A stretch of DNA of 64,000 bases from an uncultured Acidobacteriota bacterium (GTDB lineage: Bacteria; Acidobacteriota; Terriglobia; UBA7540): positions 416,001-480,000 of the forward strand of contig CAWDSK010000003.1 of assembly GCA_963804995.1 (NCBI GenBank), written 5' to 3'. Numbering within the stretch: the stretch's first letter is position 1; every line of letters begins with the position of its first letter. Positions 47,938 through 56,461 of this stretch are shown piece after piece. The notes beneath the pieces were generated by a model. The model had not been told where the DNA came from. It saw only the letters and a program-made list of their open reading frames with translations, and ran no database searches. Position numbers and translations under genes: made by a program.

Positions 47938-48969
47938 TTAATTGGAGGGTGGTGCGGAGCCAAAGGGTGCGCTCATCGGATTCATGCCGCCCTGGGGAGG
48001 GCCAAAACCGGGTTGCATGGGTTGCTGCCCTGGTTGCAGGGTTTGCCCAGGTCCCATCGGCCCTGACATGCCGCCCCCGGAGGTTCCCACCTGAATCCCA
48101 AAGACGCCCAGATCGATACCGGTGAATTCCCACTCATCGTAGTGTTGATGCTTATTCCAAATGATGATGGATCCGTGATGACTAGTGGGAGCAACCCCCA
48201 CGATGAAGGCTCCCTGGATGTCGCTGCCGCCTCCAAACATAGATGAAGAAGTTTGAGGGCCCGTCTGGCCGACTTGGGGCGATACCGTGCTCTGCCCCGA
48301 CCCCCCAAAGGAACCTGGCTGAGAGAACATGCCACCTTGTGGGGAGATCATGCTCTGCCCTGGTCCCCCAAAGGAGCCCGGCTGAGAGAACATGCCACCT
48401 TGTGGGGAGATCATGCTCTGCCCTGGTCCCCCAAAGGAGCCCGGCTGAGAGAACATGCCACCTTGTGGGGAGAGTTGATTCTGTCCAGGCCCCCCGAAGG
48501 AGCCCGGCTGATTCATCTGGCTCAATCCACCCATGGACAAACCGCCAGCCCCCAATCCCGCGGGGTTGGGTTGGTTGGCGTTCAAGGGCTGGTTTTTCGA
48601 GTCGATCAGCACGCCCGCCGCATTGGCGTGAATGAAACGCCACTTCCCCTTCCGGTCCAAGGGATCGGAATATTCCTTGCGGAGAAATCGCATGCCGTTG
48701 GTCCCCATCAACTCTTTCACACTGACGGGGTAGCGGTTGAATTTACGGTGGAAGAGCGCCACGGCAATGGCGTACTGCTTGCCACGAAAAATCGTCTCCT
48801 TTTCGCGCTCCCGTTGACCCTCCTGATAAACGCTGGGAAGGGTGGCCGTCAAGGCCACGAGCAGCAACGTGGCGATCATCATAACAATGATCAGCACCAT
48901 GCCTTCCGCCTCGCGCCCTCGGGCTCTACTGCGGGATAGGCAGTTCCGTGGTTTCGTGTGAAGCCGCAT
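47938..48969 (-). CDS. Pseudopilin/GspK-like T2SS-T4P protein with internal 21-aa repeats
   Basis: EG/MVLIIVMM hydrophobic helix, REREKETIFRGKQY, RFLRKEYSDPL, YDEWEF. Confidence 0.75.
   Translation of the reverse strand: MRLHTKPRNCLSRSRARGREAEGMVLIIVMMIATLLLVALTATLPSVYQEGQREREKETIFRGKQYAIAVALFHRKFNRYPVSVKELMGTNGMRFLRKEYSDPLDRKGKWRFIHANAAGVLIDSKNQPLNANQPNPAGLGAGGLSMGGLSQMNQPGSFGGPGQNQLSPQGGMFSQPGSFGGPGQSMISPQGGMFSQPGSFGGPGQSMISPQGGMFSQPGSFGGSGQSTVSPQVGQTGPQTSSSMFGGGSDIQGAFIVGVAPTSHHGSIIIWNKHQHYDEWEFTGIDLGVFGIQVGTSGGGMSGPMGPGQTLQPGQQPMQPGFGPPQGGMNPMSAPFGSAPPSN
48275..48510 (-). repeat. 63-bp coding tandem repeat, about 3.7 units (QPGSFGGPGQSMISPQGGMFS)
   Basis: GAGAGAACAT recurs at 48321, 48384 and 48447. 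Confidence 0.9.
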
Positions 48970-49490
48970 CTTCGACTGAAATCGTTGTAGGAGTTATTTT
49001 TATGACCTTGTATTTTTGAGCCGACGACGTCGCCTACGTGAACAACCATGGCCTGGTCCTGGTAGGAAACAAAAGCTTCACCCCCACCTCCCGGCACTTC
49101 ATTGTAGCCCATGGGTTTGATCGGGGGCGGAGGGGGTGGAGGCGGGGCGGCCGGCGCCGCTCCAGCCGCCACTTGTACAGAACCGGGACCCGCTGCCGGC
49201 ACAACCCCACCATATTCGAACGGATTTCTCTCGCCGTCCGGTAGCGGACGAGCGTCAAGTTCCTTCAAAGTTTCCGTGTGCAAACTGGGATCATATCCCG
49301 CCAGATCGTCGGCAGCCCGGACGACGCCCCTTCCCGCATGCGTTCGAACCTTGCTGGCGGCGCCCGGGAAGCGCCAGGCGCCTGCCGCCGGAACGCTCTT
49401 GTAGCTCGTCACGAGGTGCGCGACAAGGAGCACGCACAATAACCCGAGAATCCCAGTCCCCCACTTTTCGATGCCAGGTGATAGTTTCAT
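48926..49490 (-). CDS. PilP/GspC-like assembly protein; apparent frameshift in the T run at 49013-49017
   Basis: TM, RNPFEY, poly-Pro, then PMGYNEV..VVHVGDVVGSKYKVIKITPTTISVED after correction. Confidence 0.65.
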
Positions 49491-50035
49491 GGTATTAAAT
49501 AAAGGTCCGCGACCAGACGCAAACCGAGCGTTCCATTTTCACCCGCCGCCAAGCTGAATTCACGAATCAGGATGAACTCTTTCGCAGTCTCCAAGCCATG
49601 GGAAAATTTCACGATCTTCGAATAAGGCCCATCCACGGTGATGTCGAGCCCCAGCCGTTCCAGCGGATCCTGGTGTTTAGAGTCGAGCCGATAAACCACG
49701 TTGGTAACCTGCACGCCTGACGCATCGGAGACCTGCCGGAGAAGATGCGCGGCTTGGGAGAAACCTCGCTTGCGGGGAGGGATGCCGGCGGCCGTGAAAT
49801 CCTTCAGTTGCTCGCCCGCCTGAGGCAGAGCCGCTTGAAACTTTTCGAGCCTTTCGATCCGGACTTCCTGGTCACGCACGCTCTGGCGCGTTTCCGAATA
49901 TTGTTGCTGCTCAGAAGCGATCCTATACCCCAACGGCCGGTAAGCGGCGAAGTAGAGGACAACGTCCAAAACCACCAGCCCCAGGCCGGTAATTTCCACG
50001 ATCCGCTTCACAATTTGACGTTGGGTTCTGCGCAT
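49487..50035 (-). CDS. pilO: PilO/GspM-like protein
   Basis: TM, coiled coil, ITVDGPYSKIVKFSHGLE. Confidence 0.75.
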   Translation of the reverse strand: MRRTQRQIVKRIVEITGLGLVVLDVVLYFAAYRPLGYRIASEQQQYSETRQSVRDQEVRIERLEKFQAALPQAGEQLKDFTAAGIPPRKRGFSQAAHLLRQVSDASGVQVTNVVYRLDSKHQDPLERLGLDITVDGPYSKIVKFSHGLETAKEFILIREFSLAAGENGTLGLRLVADLYLIP

Positions 50036-50107
50036 AGGATCGACACTCGCAAATCGAAATTCGAAACTCGCAACCGCCCCTTTGTTCACGCTCCGAAAGG
50101 AGGGTCA

Positions 50108-50758
50108 TCACTTGGTTCGGTTTTCGAGTTTCGGTTTTGGCTTTTCGGCCCCTTCTGGCTCCTGACTTTTGACTTCTGACTCCGCCCCGGCAGCTCCCGG
50201 CAGGTAATGCGCGGCGCAAGCTATATTCACCTGTCCGGACTGCACGCCTTCTTCCTGAAATCCCTGATTAATAATCGTCACATCTTTGAAGTCCGGAGCG
50301 TCTTCGAGGTCGCTGAGGAACGTCTCAACGGCCTCCTCACTCTTTCCGCTGATGGACATGCGCACTACGATCTCGCCTTCCCGGGAGGTCAACGCCAAGC
50401 CGGTCAGCCGCGCTTCGTCGGGCAAGAGATCAGCAATCCGCGCGGATAGTTCCGTCAGGGATAGTTGCTTCTGGTCGATCAGCGTATTGACAAACTTTGC
50501 CTCGCCGAGCAAGGCGCGATACTCCGGTTTCTCAAGGTCTTTGCGAATGCCCGCTTCCTTCTTGCGCAGATCGTCCTCATGTTGCTGGACTTCCGCCACC
50601 TGGCTTTGGACTCCGTGAAATTCGCGGTACTCCCGGTTCCCTGAAACCCCCAGCAGCACAAGTCCGAGTACACCGACCAGCGTGGCGGGAATGCCCCACA
50701 CCAGGGCGTAACGGTTGCGCGTGCTATCAGCGGCGGAGAGGTTAAGAGTGATTCTCAT
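50108..50758 (-). CDS. pilN: PilN-like protein
   Basis: MRITLNLS, TM, LPDEARLTGL, FLSDLEDAPDF. Confidence 0.8.
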   Translation of the reverse strand: MRITLNLSAADSTRNRYALVWGIPATLVGVLGLVLLGVSGNREYREFHGVQSQVAEVQQHEDDLRKKEAGIRKDLEKPEYRALLGEAKFVNTLIDQKQLSLTELSARIADLLPDEARLTGLALTSREGEIVVRMSISGKSEEAVETFLSDLEDAPDFKDVTIINQGFQEEGVQSGQVNIACAAHYLPGAAGAESEVKSQEPEGAEKPKPKLENRTK

Positions 50759-51729
50759 CGTGGTTCGTTCCGATTCGCAATCAGGCCGGCAAAGGGCATT
50801 CCAAAATGTTGAAAGGTCTCACGCTCATCGCCGTGGAGCACAGTTCCCTGGGCAAAATCCCCCGCCAGCGGACGGAGTTCGCGACCCAGCGTCTTCGCCA
50901 GGATCTCTCGCATCTCATTTCCGGCAGGAGGACGCGCACAGAACCAAACATTCTGGATCTGGACGCCAAGTTGGTCCTGGCACGTCGCCAGGATACGTGT
51001 CGCTTCGCGCGTGACCTCCTCGAGGTTATCGGCCTCCGCCGCGCCCTCCAGCACCCTCGTCCTCCACAAGCGCACGCGATCGAACTCAACCACCACCGCG
51101 GTCAAAACGCCGGGACACAGATGCAGCAGAAGCTGTCCCTCCCTATCCACGGGGAGCAGCGGCAGCAAGGCCACGCTCACCGGCAGGATCAGCGCCGGCC
51201 CACCGTTAAGGGATTCGAGGACCGCTTCGTACTCCGCGAGCACGGAGCTGCGGACGGCTATTCCCAATATCTCCACCTGACGCGGCTGTTTCGCCAAAAC
51301 CTGAAAACTCACGCGCGCCTCTTCCGGCGGAAAAGGAAGGAACTCTCGCATCCGCCAGCGGATCAACGATTCCGCTTCGCGTTGGGCGTCAGGGAGGGCT
51401 TCGAACTGTAGCACCGCCACACGCGCCGCTAAGTCGGGGATCAACAGGCCGAACCTTCCGCCGCCCATGCCCACCAAACCGGCTACTTCGGCGACGGCTT
51501 TGTGGACCACCGCCTCACTCGTGATGTTGGTCTTGTTCAGGGAAGGCGCCAGCGCCCCGGCATGGAGTTCGCGAATCCCCACCCGCTGGATATGTCGCGC
51601 GCCACCCTCCAGACGGGCCCCCACCACAAAACCGGGCTCCAACTCCAGAACCACGGAAGGCATGACGAAGTGCGCCGTGCTCACCTGCCCGTCCAGCCCC
51701 AGCCGTTTTTTTAGGGTCACCCAATTCAT
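50755..51729 (-). CDS. pilM: PilM/GspL-like protein
   Basis: LLIPD..RVAVL, LIRWRMREFLPF, VLAEYE; operon position. Confidence 0.72.
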   Translation of the reverse strand: MNWVTLKKRLGLDGQVSTAHFVMPSVVLELEPGFVVGARLEGGARHIQRVGIRELHAGALAPSLNKTNITSEAVVHKAVAEVAGLVGMGGGRFGLLIPDLAARVAVLQFEALPDAQREAESLIRWRMREFLPFPPEEARVSFQVLAKQPRQVEILGIAVRSSVLAEYEAVLESLNGGPALILPVSVALLPLLPVDREGQLLLHLCPGVLTAVVVEFDRVRLWRTRVLEGAAEADNLEEVTREATRILATCQDQLGVQIQNVWFCARPPAGNEMREILAKTLGRELRPLAGDFAQGTVLHGDERETFQHFGMPFAGLIANRNEPR

Positions 51730-51950
51730 ACTTGCTTACCTCGGGATACGGGATACGGGACACGGGGTACGGGAGACGGAGCACAGGAGACAGGGTTTGT
51801 GGTAGGGGCTGAAAGTCGGTCCCAGCGGGTTCTCAATACCCTGATTGGAGCACTCTTCCTCCACACATTCAACTCTTTGTAAATCTGGATCACAAATCTA
51901 CCTTCCCCCCGTCACTCGTATCCCGTGCCCCGTGTCCCGTATCCCGGCTC

Positions 51951-53555
51951 TTACTCAACAAAAGTAACCTTGTTAACTTCCCGCAAAGTCGTCAGCCCCT
52001 GCTGAACCTTCTCCAGCGCCGAGTCTCGCAACGAGAACATTCCTTCCTGGCGGGCAGCCTTGCGAATTTCTGAGGACGGCCGTTTCGCGAGGATCATTTC
52101 CCGGATACTGTCGGAGAGTGCCAGCAGCTCACCAATCGCGGTGCGCCCGCGAAATCCCGTCTGGTTGCACTCCTGACATCCCTGCCCTTCATAGAACGTC
52201 ACCTCCCGCCACGCCGCGGGGTCGAGCCCAGACTCCTCCAACAGCTCGATGGGCACGGTGACGGGGCGCTTGCACGCTTCACAGATGGTGCGGACCAGCC
52301 GCTGCGCCAAAATACAATTGAGCGCGGAGACAAAATTGTAAGGTTCCACCCCCATGTTAAGGAACCTGCCCAGAACATCCACCACATTGTTGGCGTGTAC
52401 GGTGGTGAAGACCAGGTGTCCGGTGAGCGCCGACTGGATGGCGATCTGCGCCGTCTCGTTGTCACGAATTTCGCCCACCATAATCTTGTCGGGATCGTGG
52501 CGCAAAATGGAGCGAAGTCCCCGTGCGAAGGTCAGCCCCCGCTTCTCGTTTACCGGAATTTGCGTGATCCCGCGAAGCTGGTACTCAACCGGATCTTCAA
52601 TGGTGATGATCTTGTCCTCATCGCTCTTGATTTCAGAGAGCGCGGCATACAGTGTAGTGGTCTTGCCGCTGCCCGTGGGACCGGTGACCAGCACCATGCC
52701 GTAAGGCTCACGGATGAAGCGGCGCAGCCGGCGGATTTCCCGGTCCGCCAGCCCCAGCACCTCCAGGCGCAGGGAGTGGAATTTTTCGTGCAGCGATTCC
52801 TTATCGAGGATACGCAGTACCGCATCTTCGCCATGAATCGAGGGCATGATGGACACACGGAAATCGATGGGGCGCCCGCGATATCGCACCCGGAAGCGCC
52901 CGTCCTGGGGAACACGGCGCTCCGCAATATCCAATTCCGCCATGACCTTGATGCGCGTAATGAGGTTGGACTGAAACTCCCGTGCCAGGGGCGCCATGGC
53001 CTGCTGCAACACACCATCAATTCGATACTTCACCACGACGGAGTTGTCACGGCTCTCGATATGAATGTCGCTGGCGCGCTGCTCCAGCCCCGCAAAGATG
53101 ATCGAGTCAACCAACCGGATCATGGGGCTGACGTCCCGCTCCTCCACCAGGTGTTCGAGCGAAAGCCCCTCACCGGCCGCTTCTTCGTCACGGATCACGT
53201 CCAGACGAAATTCTTCTGTGGCATCGTCAAGAACGCGCTGCGAGGGCTCCGTCTGTTTCAGGAAATCCCGTACCTGGCTGGGCGCGGCCACGCGTACGAG
53301 CAATTTCCGGTCCAGCTTGACTTCCAGCTCATCCAGCCGCGCCAGGTTGGTGGGATCTGCCACCACGATTACCAGTTGATGGTCGCGCCCCTCCAACGGC
53401 AGGAACTCATAGTGGAGCATCAGTTCGAGAGGGATGGTGCGGAGCAGATCCCCGTCCGGGTGTGAATCCCGCAGGTCCACGAAATCGAACTGATAGCGGG
53501 CCGCAAGCTGGCGCGCCGCCTCCAGTTCCTTCAGATCGACTTCCTTTTCCGCCAA
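51951..53555 (-). CDS. pilB: GspE/PilB assembly ATPase
   Basis: ASDIHIE, LDIAERRVPQDGR, GPTGSGKTTT, EDPVE, LRHDPD, TGHLVFTTVH; TTG start with GGAGGT RBS. Confidence 0.93.
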   Translation of the reverse strand: MAEKEVDLKELEAARQLAARYQFDFVDLRDSHPDGDLLRTIPLELMLHYEFLPLEGRDHQLVIVVADPTNLARLDELEVKLDRKLLVRVAAPSQVRDFLKQTEPSQRVLDDATEEFRLDVIRDEEAAGEGLSLEHLVEERDVSPMIRLVDSIIFAGLEQRASDIHIESRDNSVVVKYRIDGVLQQAMAPLAREFQSNLITRIKVMAELDIAERRVPQDGRFRVRYRGRPIDFRVSIMPSIHGEDAVLRILDKESLHEKFHSLRLEVLGLADREIRRLRRFIREPYGMVLVTGPTGSGKTTTLYAALSEIKSDEDKIITIEDPVEYQLRGITQIPVNEKRGLTFARGLRSILRHDPDKIMVGEIRDNETAQIAIQSALTGHLVFTTVHANNVVDVLGRFLNMGVEPYNFVSALNCILAQRLVRTICEACKRPVTVPIELLEESGLDPAAWREVTFYEGQGCQECNQTGFRGRTAIGELLALSDSIREMILAKRPSSEIRKAARQEGMFSLRDSALEKVQQGLTTLREVNKVTFVE

Positions 53556-53590
53556 GCAACACCTCCGAAACGGGACTCGGGGCACGGGAT

Positions 53591-53741
53591 TATGAAAATA
53601 GCTGTGCCGAAGGCACCTTGGAGTGCGGTAGCAGCAGCTACCGCCTTCCGCCTTCGGTTCATACGGCAAATGTACTAGGGGCGGAGGAAGAAAGGCGGTA
53701 GCTGCTGCTACCGCACTCCAAGGCGCTTCGCGCATTTTCAT
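53591..53741. repeat. Long palindromic REP-like element
   Basis: ATGAAAAT..TTGGAGTGCGGTAGCAGCAGCTACCGCCTT..AAGGCGGTAGCTGCTGCTACCGCACTCCAA..ATTTTCAT. Confidence 0.75.
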
Positions 53742-53926
53742 CGTCGGTGGTGCGCCCCAGCCGCATGGGCGTCTGTGCGGAAAGCCTCCGGCTTTCCGGC
53801 CCGGTCCGCTTCATTTCTCTCCCTCCGCGCCATGTTCCGAGTTCGGCGTTCCGAATCCGAACCCCGAACTCCTAACCCCGATTTCCGAAGCCCGTGTCCC
53901 GTTTCCCGAATCCCGTGCCCCGGTCC

Positions 53927-55132
53927 TTATTGCACCTTCGTCGCCATCGAGAATAGCGGAAGGTAGAACGCCACCAGGACAAACGCCACCGCCACGGCGA
54001 TCGCGGCAATCATGATCGGATCAACCAACGCCACCAGAGTCGTGAGGTCGATGTTCACGTCCTCTTCAAAGAATTCCGCCAGCGCTTCCAGCATGGTTGC
54101 CATAGCGCCGGTGGTCTCCCCCACTTCCATCATATCCAGCGCCATGACCGGGAAGAAACCGCTCATGCGCAGGCTTGAGCTGAGCGCGCGCCCGCCGGCC
54201 ACTTCCGTCCGGGCCTGGGCAATGGCCCGAGCCAGCAGGGGGCTCGAAACTGAATCCTTAGCTGTCTCCAGCGCCGCCACGATGGGAATGCCGCCCTGGA
54301 GCAGCGTGGACAGGGTCCGCGCAAACTCCGCTACCGAAAATTTCAGCAAGAGCTTGCCCACCAAGGGCAGGCGGAACTTCACCCGTTCCCAGGCCATGCG
54401 GGTTTGCGAAGACCGGAGCGCTGCCCTCAAAAACAAGAAAACGCCAAAGAGCGCAAGCAGGATCAAGCCGGAAAAATGCTTCATGCTCATGGCCACTGAA
54501 ATCGTGAAAGTGGTCAACGCCGGCAGTTCCACGCCCAGGTCGGAATAAAGTTCTGCAAAGCGCGGAACGATGAAATTGATCACGAAGATAATCAGCGTTC
54601 CCAAGAAAACCAGCAGGAAGGCCGGGTAGACTAGTGCCGAAAGGAATTTTTTCCGAAAGGTCCGCGTCTGCTTCTGGTAGGCAAGAAATTGTCCCAGGAC
54701 CCGATCGAGGCTCCCGCTGCGTTCACCCGCGCGGACCGTGGCGCAGTAGATTTTGGGAAAACTGCCGGTGGATTCAAACGCTTCTGAAAGCAACGCGCCA
54801 GAGCGCACCTTGTCGCGAACTTCCTCGATAGCACGCCGCAACGTTTCACTTTGGGTTTGGTGGGCCAGCAGATCAAGTGATTTCTGGAGAGGCAATCCGG
54901 ATTTGGAGAGCGTCAGGAACTGTTGGTTGAAAATCAGGAAGTCGTCGGGCCGTATCTTCTTCGGACGCGGTGGTCTGATTTGGATACTTAAAATGTTCTT
55001 GGGGTGCACGGAAAAAACAAAATACCCCTGCGCGCGCAGCCGTTGGCGCAACTCCTCCTCAGTGCGGGCCTGTTCGGTTTGCGTCAAAACCCGTCCTGCG
55101 TCGGTCCCCAATTTACAGACAAACTCGGCCAT
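53927..55132 (-). CDS. pilC: GspF/PilC inner membrane platform protein
   Basis: SGLPL, AGERSGSL, ALVYP, VGETTG, AFYLPLF. Confidence 0.92.
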   Translation of the reverse strand: MAEFVCKLGTDAGRVLTQTEQARTEEELRQRLRAQGYFVFSVHPKNILSIQIRPPRPKKIRPDDFLIFNQQFLTLSKSGLPLQKSLDLLAHQTQSETLRRAIEEVRDKVRSGALLSEAFESTGSFPKIYCATVRAGERSGSLDRVLGQFLAYQKQTRTFRKKFLSALVYPAFLLVFLGTLIIFVINFIVPRFAELYSDLGVELPALTTFTISVAMSMKHFSGLILLALFGVFLFLRAALRSSQTRMAWERVKFRLPLVGKLLLKFSVAEFARTLSTLLQGGIPIVAALETAKDSVSSPLLARAIAQARTEVAGGRALSSSLRMSGFFPVMALDMMEVGETTGAMATMLEALAEFFEEDVNIDLTTLVALVDPIMIAAIAVAVAFVLVAFYLPLFSMATKVQ

Positions 55133-55192
55133 GGGTGGCAAACCAGTCGACAGCCGACAGCTAAAAGTCGACAGTCAAAGAACTAAATCCTC

Positions 55193-55283
55193 GGTAGTGC
55201 CCTAATTTCAGACGTAGCGCCGGCTTCCAGCCGGCATTGAGCCCCGATGCATCGGGGCGCTACGTTCAAATTAGGACACTACC
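55193..55283. mobile_element. 91-bp MITE with IS1-like ends and 8-bp TSD AAATCCTC
   Basis: TSD at 55185-55192 and 55284-55291; TIR GGTAGTGCCCTAATTT/AAATTAGGACACTACC. Confidence 0.82.
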
Positions 55284-55436
55284 AAATCCTCACTTAATTT
55301 GACTTTCGATCTCGACCTTTCCCTTCTTCGACTATGGGAAAGAGGTCAAAGCCGAAAGTCGCGAGCCGAAGCTGACGGGCCTCGACCTATGCTCCTGCTT
55401 CTGTCAGCCGTTAGCTGTAGGCTGTCAGCTTCTCTC

Positions 55437-55992
55437 TCACCAACTGCTATAGGGCGTGCCGTTCGAGCGAAGTATCATCGGCCCCGCTGTGCACATCCAC
55501 AATCCCCGCCGCGGCCTGATCCGGACTGATCGGCACATCCTCGACGTCCGTCTTCCAAGTCTCGTTCGAGCCCGTGAAGGGGTCAGCCGGAATCCCGCCC
55601 CGCAGATAACCGGCACTTACCAATTCATCGAGAGACGCCGGGGGATGCTGCTTATCGATCGTGTATTCGTCAATCATCTTACGCATGGTGAAAAGGTCAG
55701 AACGCAAGACGGCCTCACGGGCATGAATGATGGCCACTTGGTAGGTGGGCATGGCGAATGAGGCCAGGATCAGAATCAGGGTAATCACAATCATCAACTC
55801 CAGGAGTGTGAAGCCCGGAAAACCAGTCCGAAGTCGGAGGTTCGAAACTCGAAAATCGAAACTCGAAACTCGGGCCGCTCCCGGGCGAATTTCGATTTTC
55901 GATTTTCGATTTTCGATTTTCGAACTCCGAGTTTCGGTCCCTGAACATCGGACTTCGGACCTCAAGCTCCGGATTTTCCTACCAATCCGCAT
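55437..55992 (-). CDS. GspG-like pseudopilin; apparent frameshift near 55462
   Basis: G/FTLLELM, AREAVLRSDL, PADPFTG; removing one base restores the DGTPYSSW stop. Confidence 0.8.
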
Positions 55993-56451
55993 ACTGCGTC
56001 CCATCCAGACCTGCTCCTTGGGCCTTTGAGTAGACGTTAAAAACGTTTTGCCCACCCCAACTCCGCGAGTCCGCATCATCCTGCATGGACCTGAGTCCCC
56101 AGTCCGCACGCCCCGTCATGGGGTTGAGGGGAATTTTGCGGAGGTATTTCTTCTTGGCGGTGGCATTTCCCTTCACCACTACCCCCTCGACCAGGGTCTT
56201 CAGGTCGGGCGGATAACCGAAGGTGTCTACTTTCACTGGAATCATGCCTGAGTCAGATTCGAGTTTGTAATGATCGATTGCGTCGCGCATTTCCCGCAAA
56301 TCCCGCCGCAGTTCAACCTCCCGCGCCCGTTGAATCTGCACCCGCGCCAGGGGCATAGCAATACTGGCCAGCAGCAAAAGAATCGTAATGGCCGCCATCA
56401 GTTCCACCAACGTAAAACCCTGATCTGATGGCTGGGGCGTCCCAACTTCAT
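55979..56451 (-). CDS. GspG-like pseudopilin; apparent frameshift in the leader near 56435
   Basis: QG/FTLVELM, REVELRRDL, YLRKIP, DGTQYADW; the ATG with RBS at 56451 is out of frame by one base. Confidence 0.8.
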
Positions 56452-56461
56452 ATTCGATTCC

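Noticed and set aside
48275..48510. Possible CRISPR array
   Set aside because: Contiguous in-frame 63-bp coding repeats without unique spacers; no cas genes.
53556..53741. N-terminal extension of PilB
   Set aside because: It is a translated palindromic repeat; a better TTG start with RBS is at 53555.
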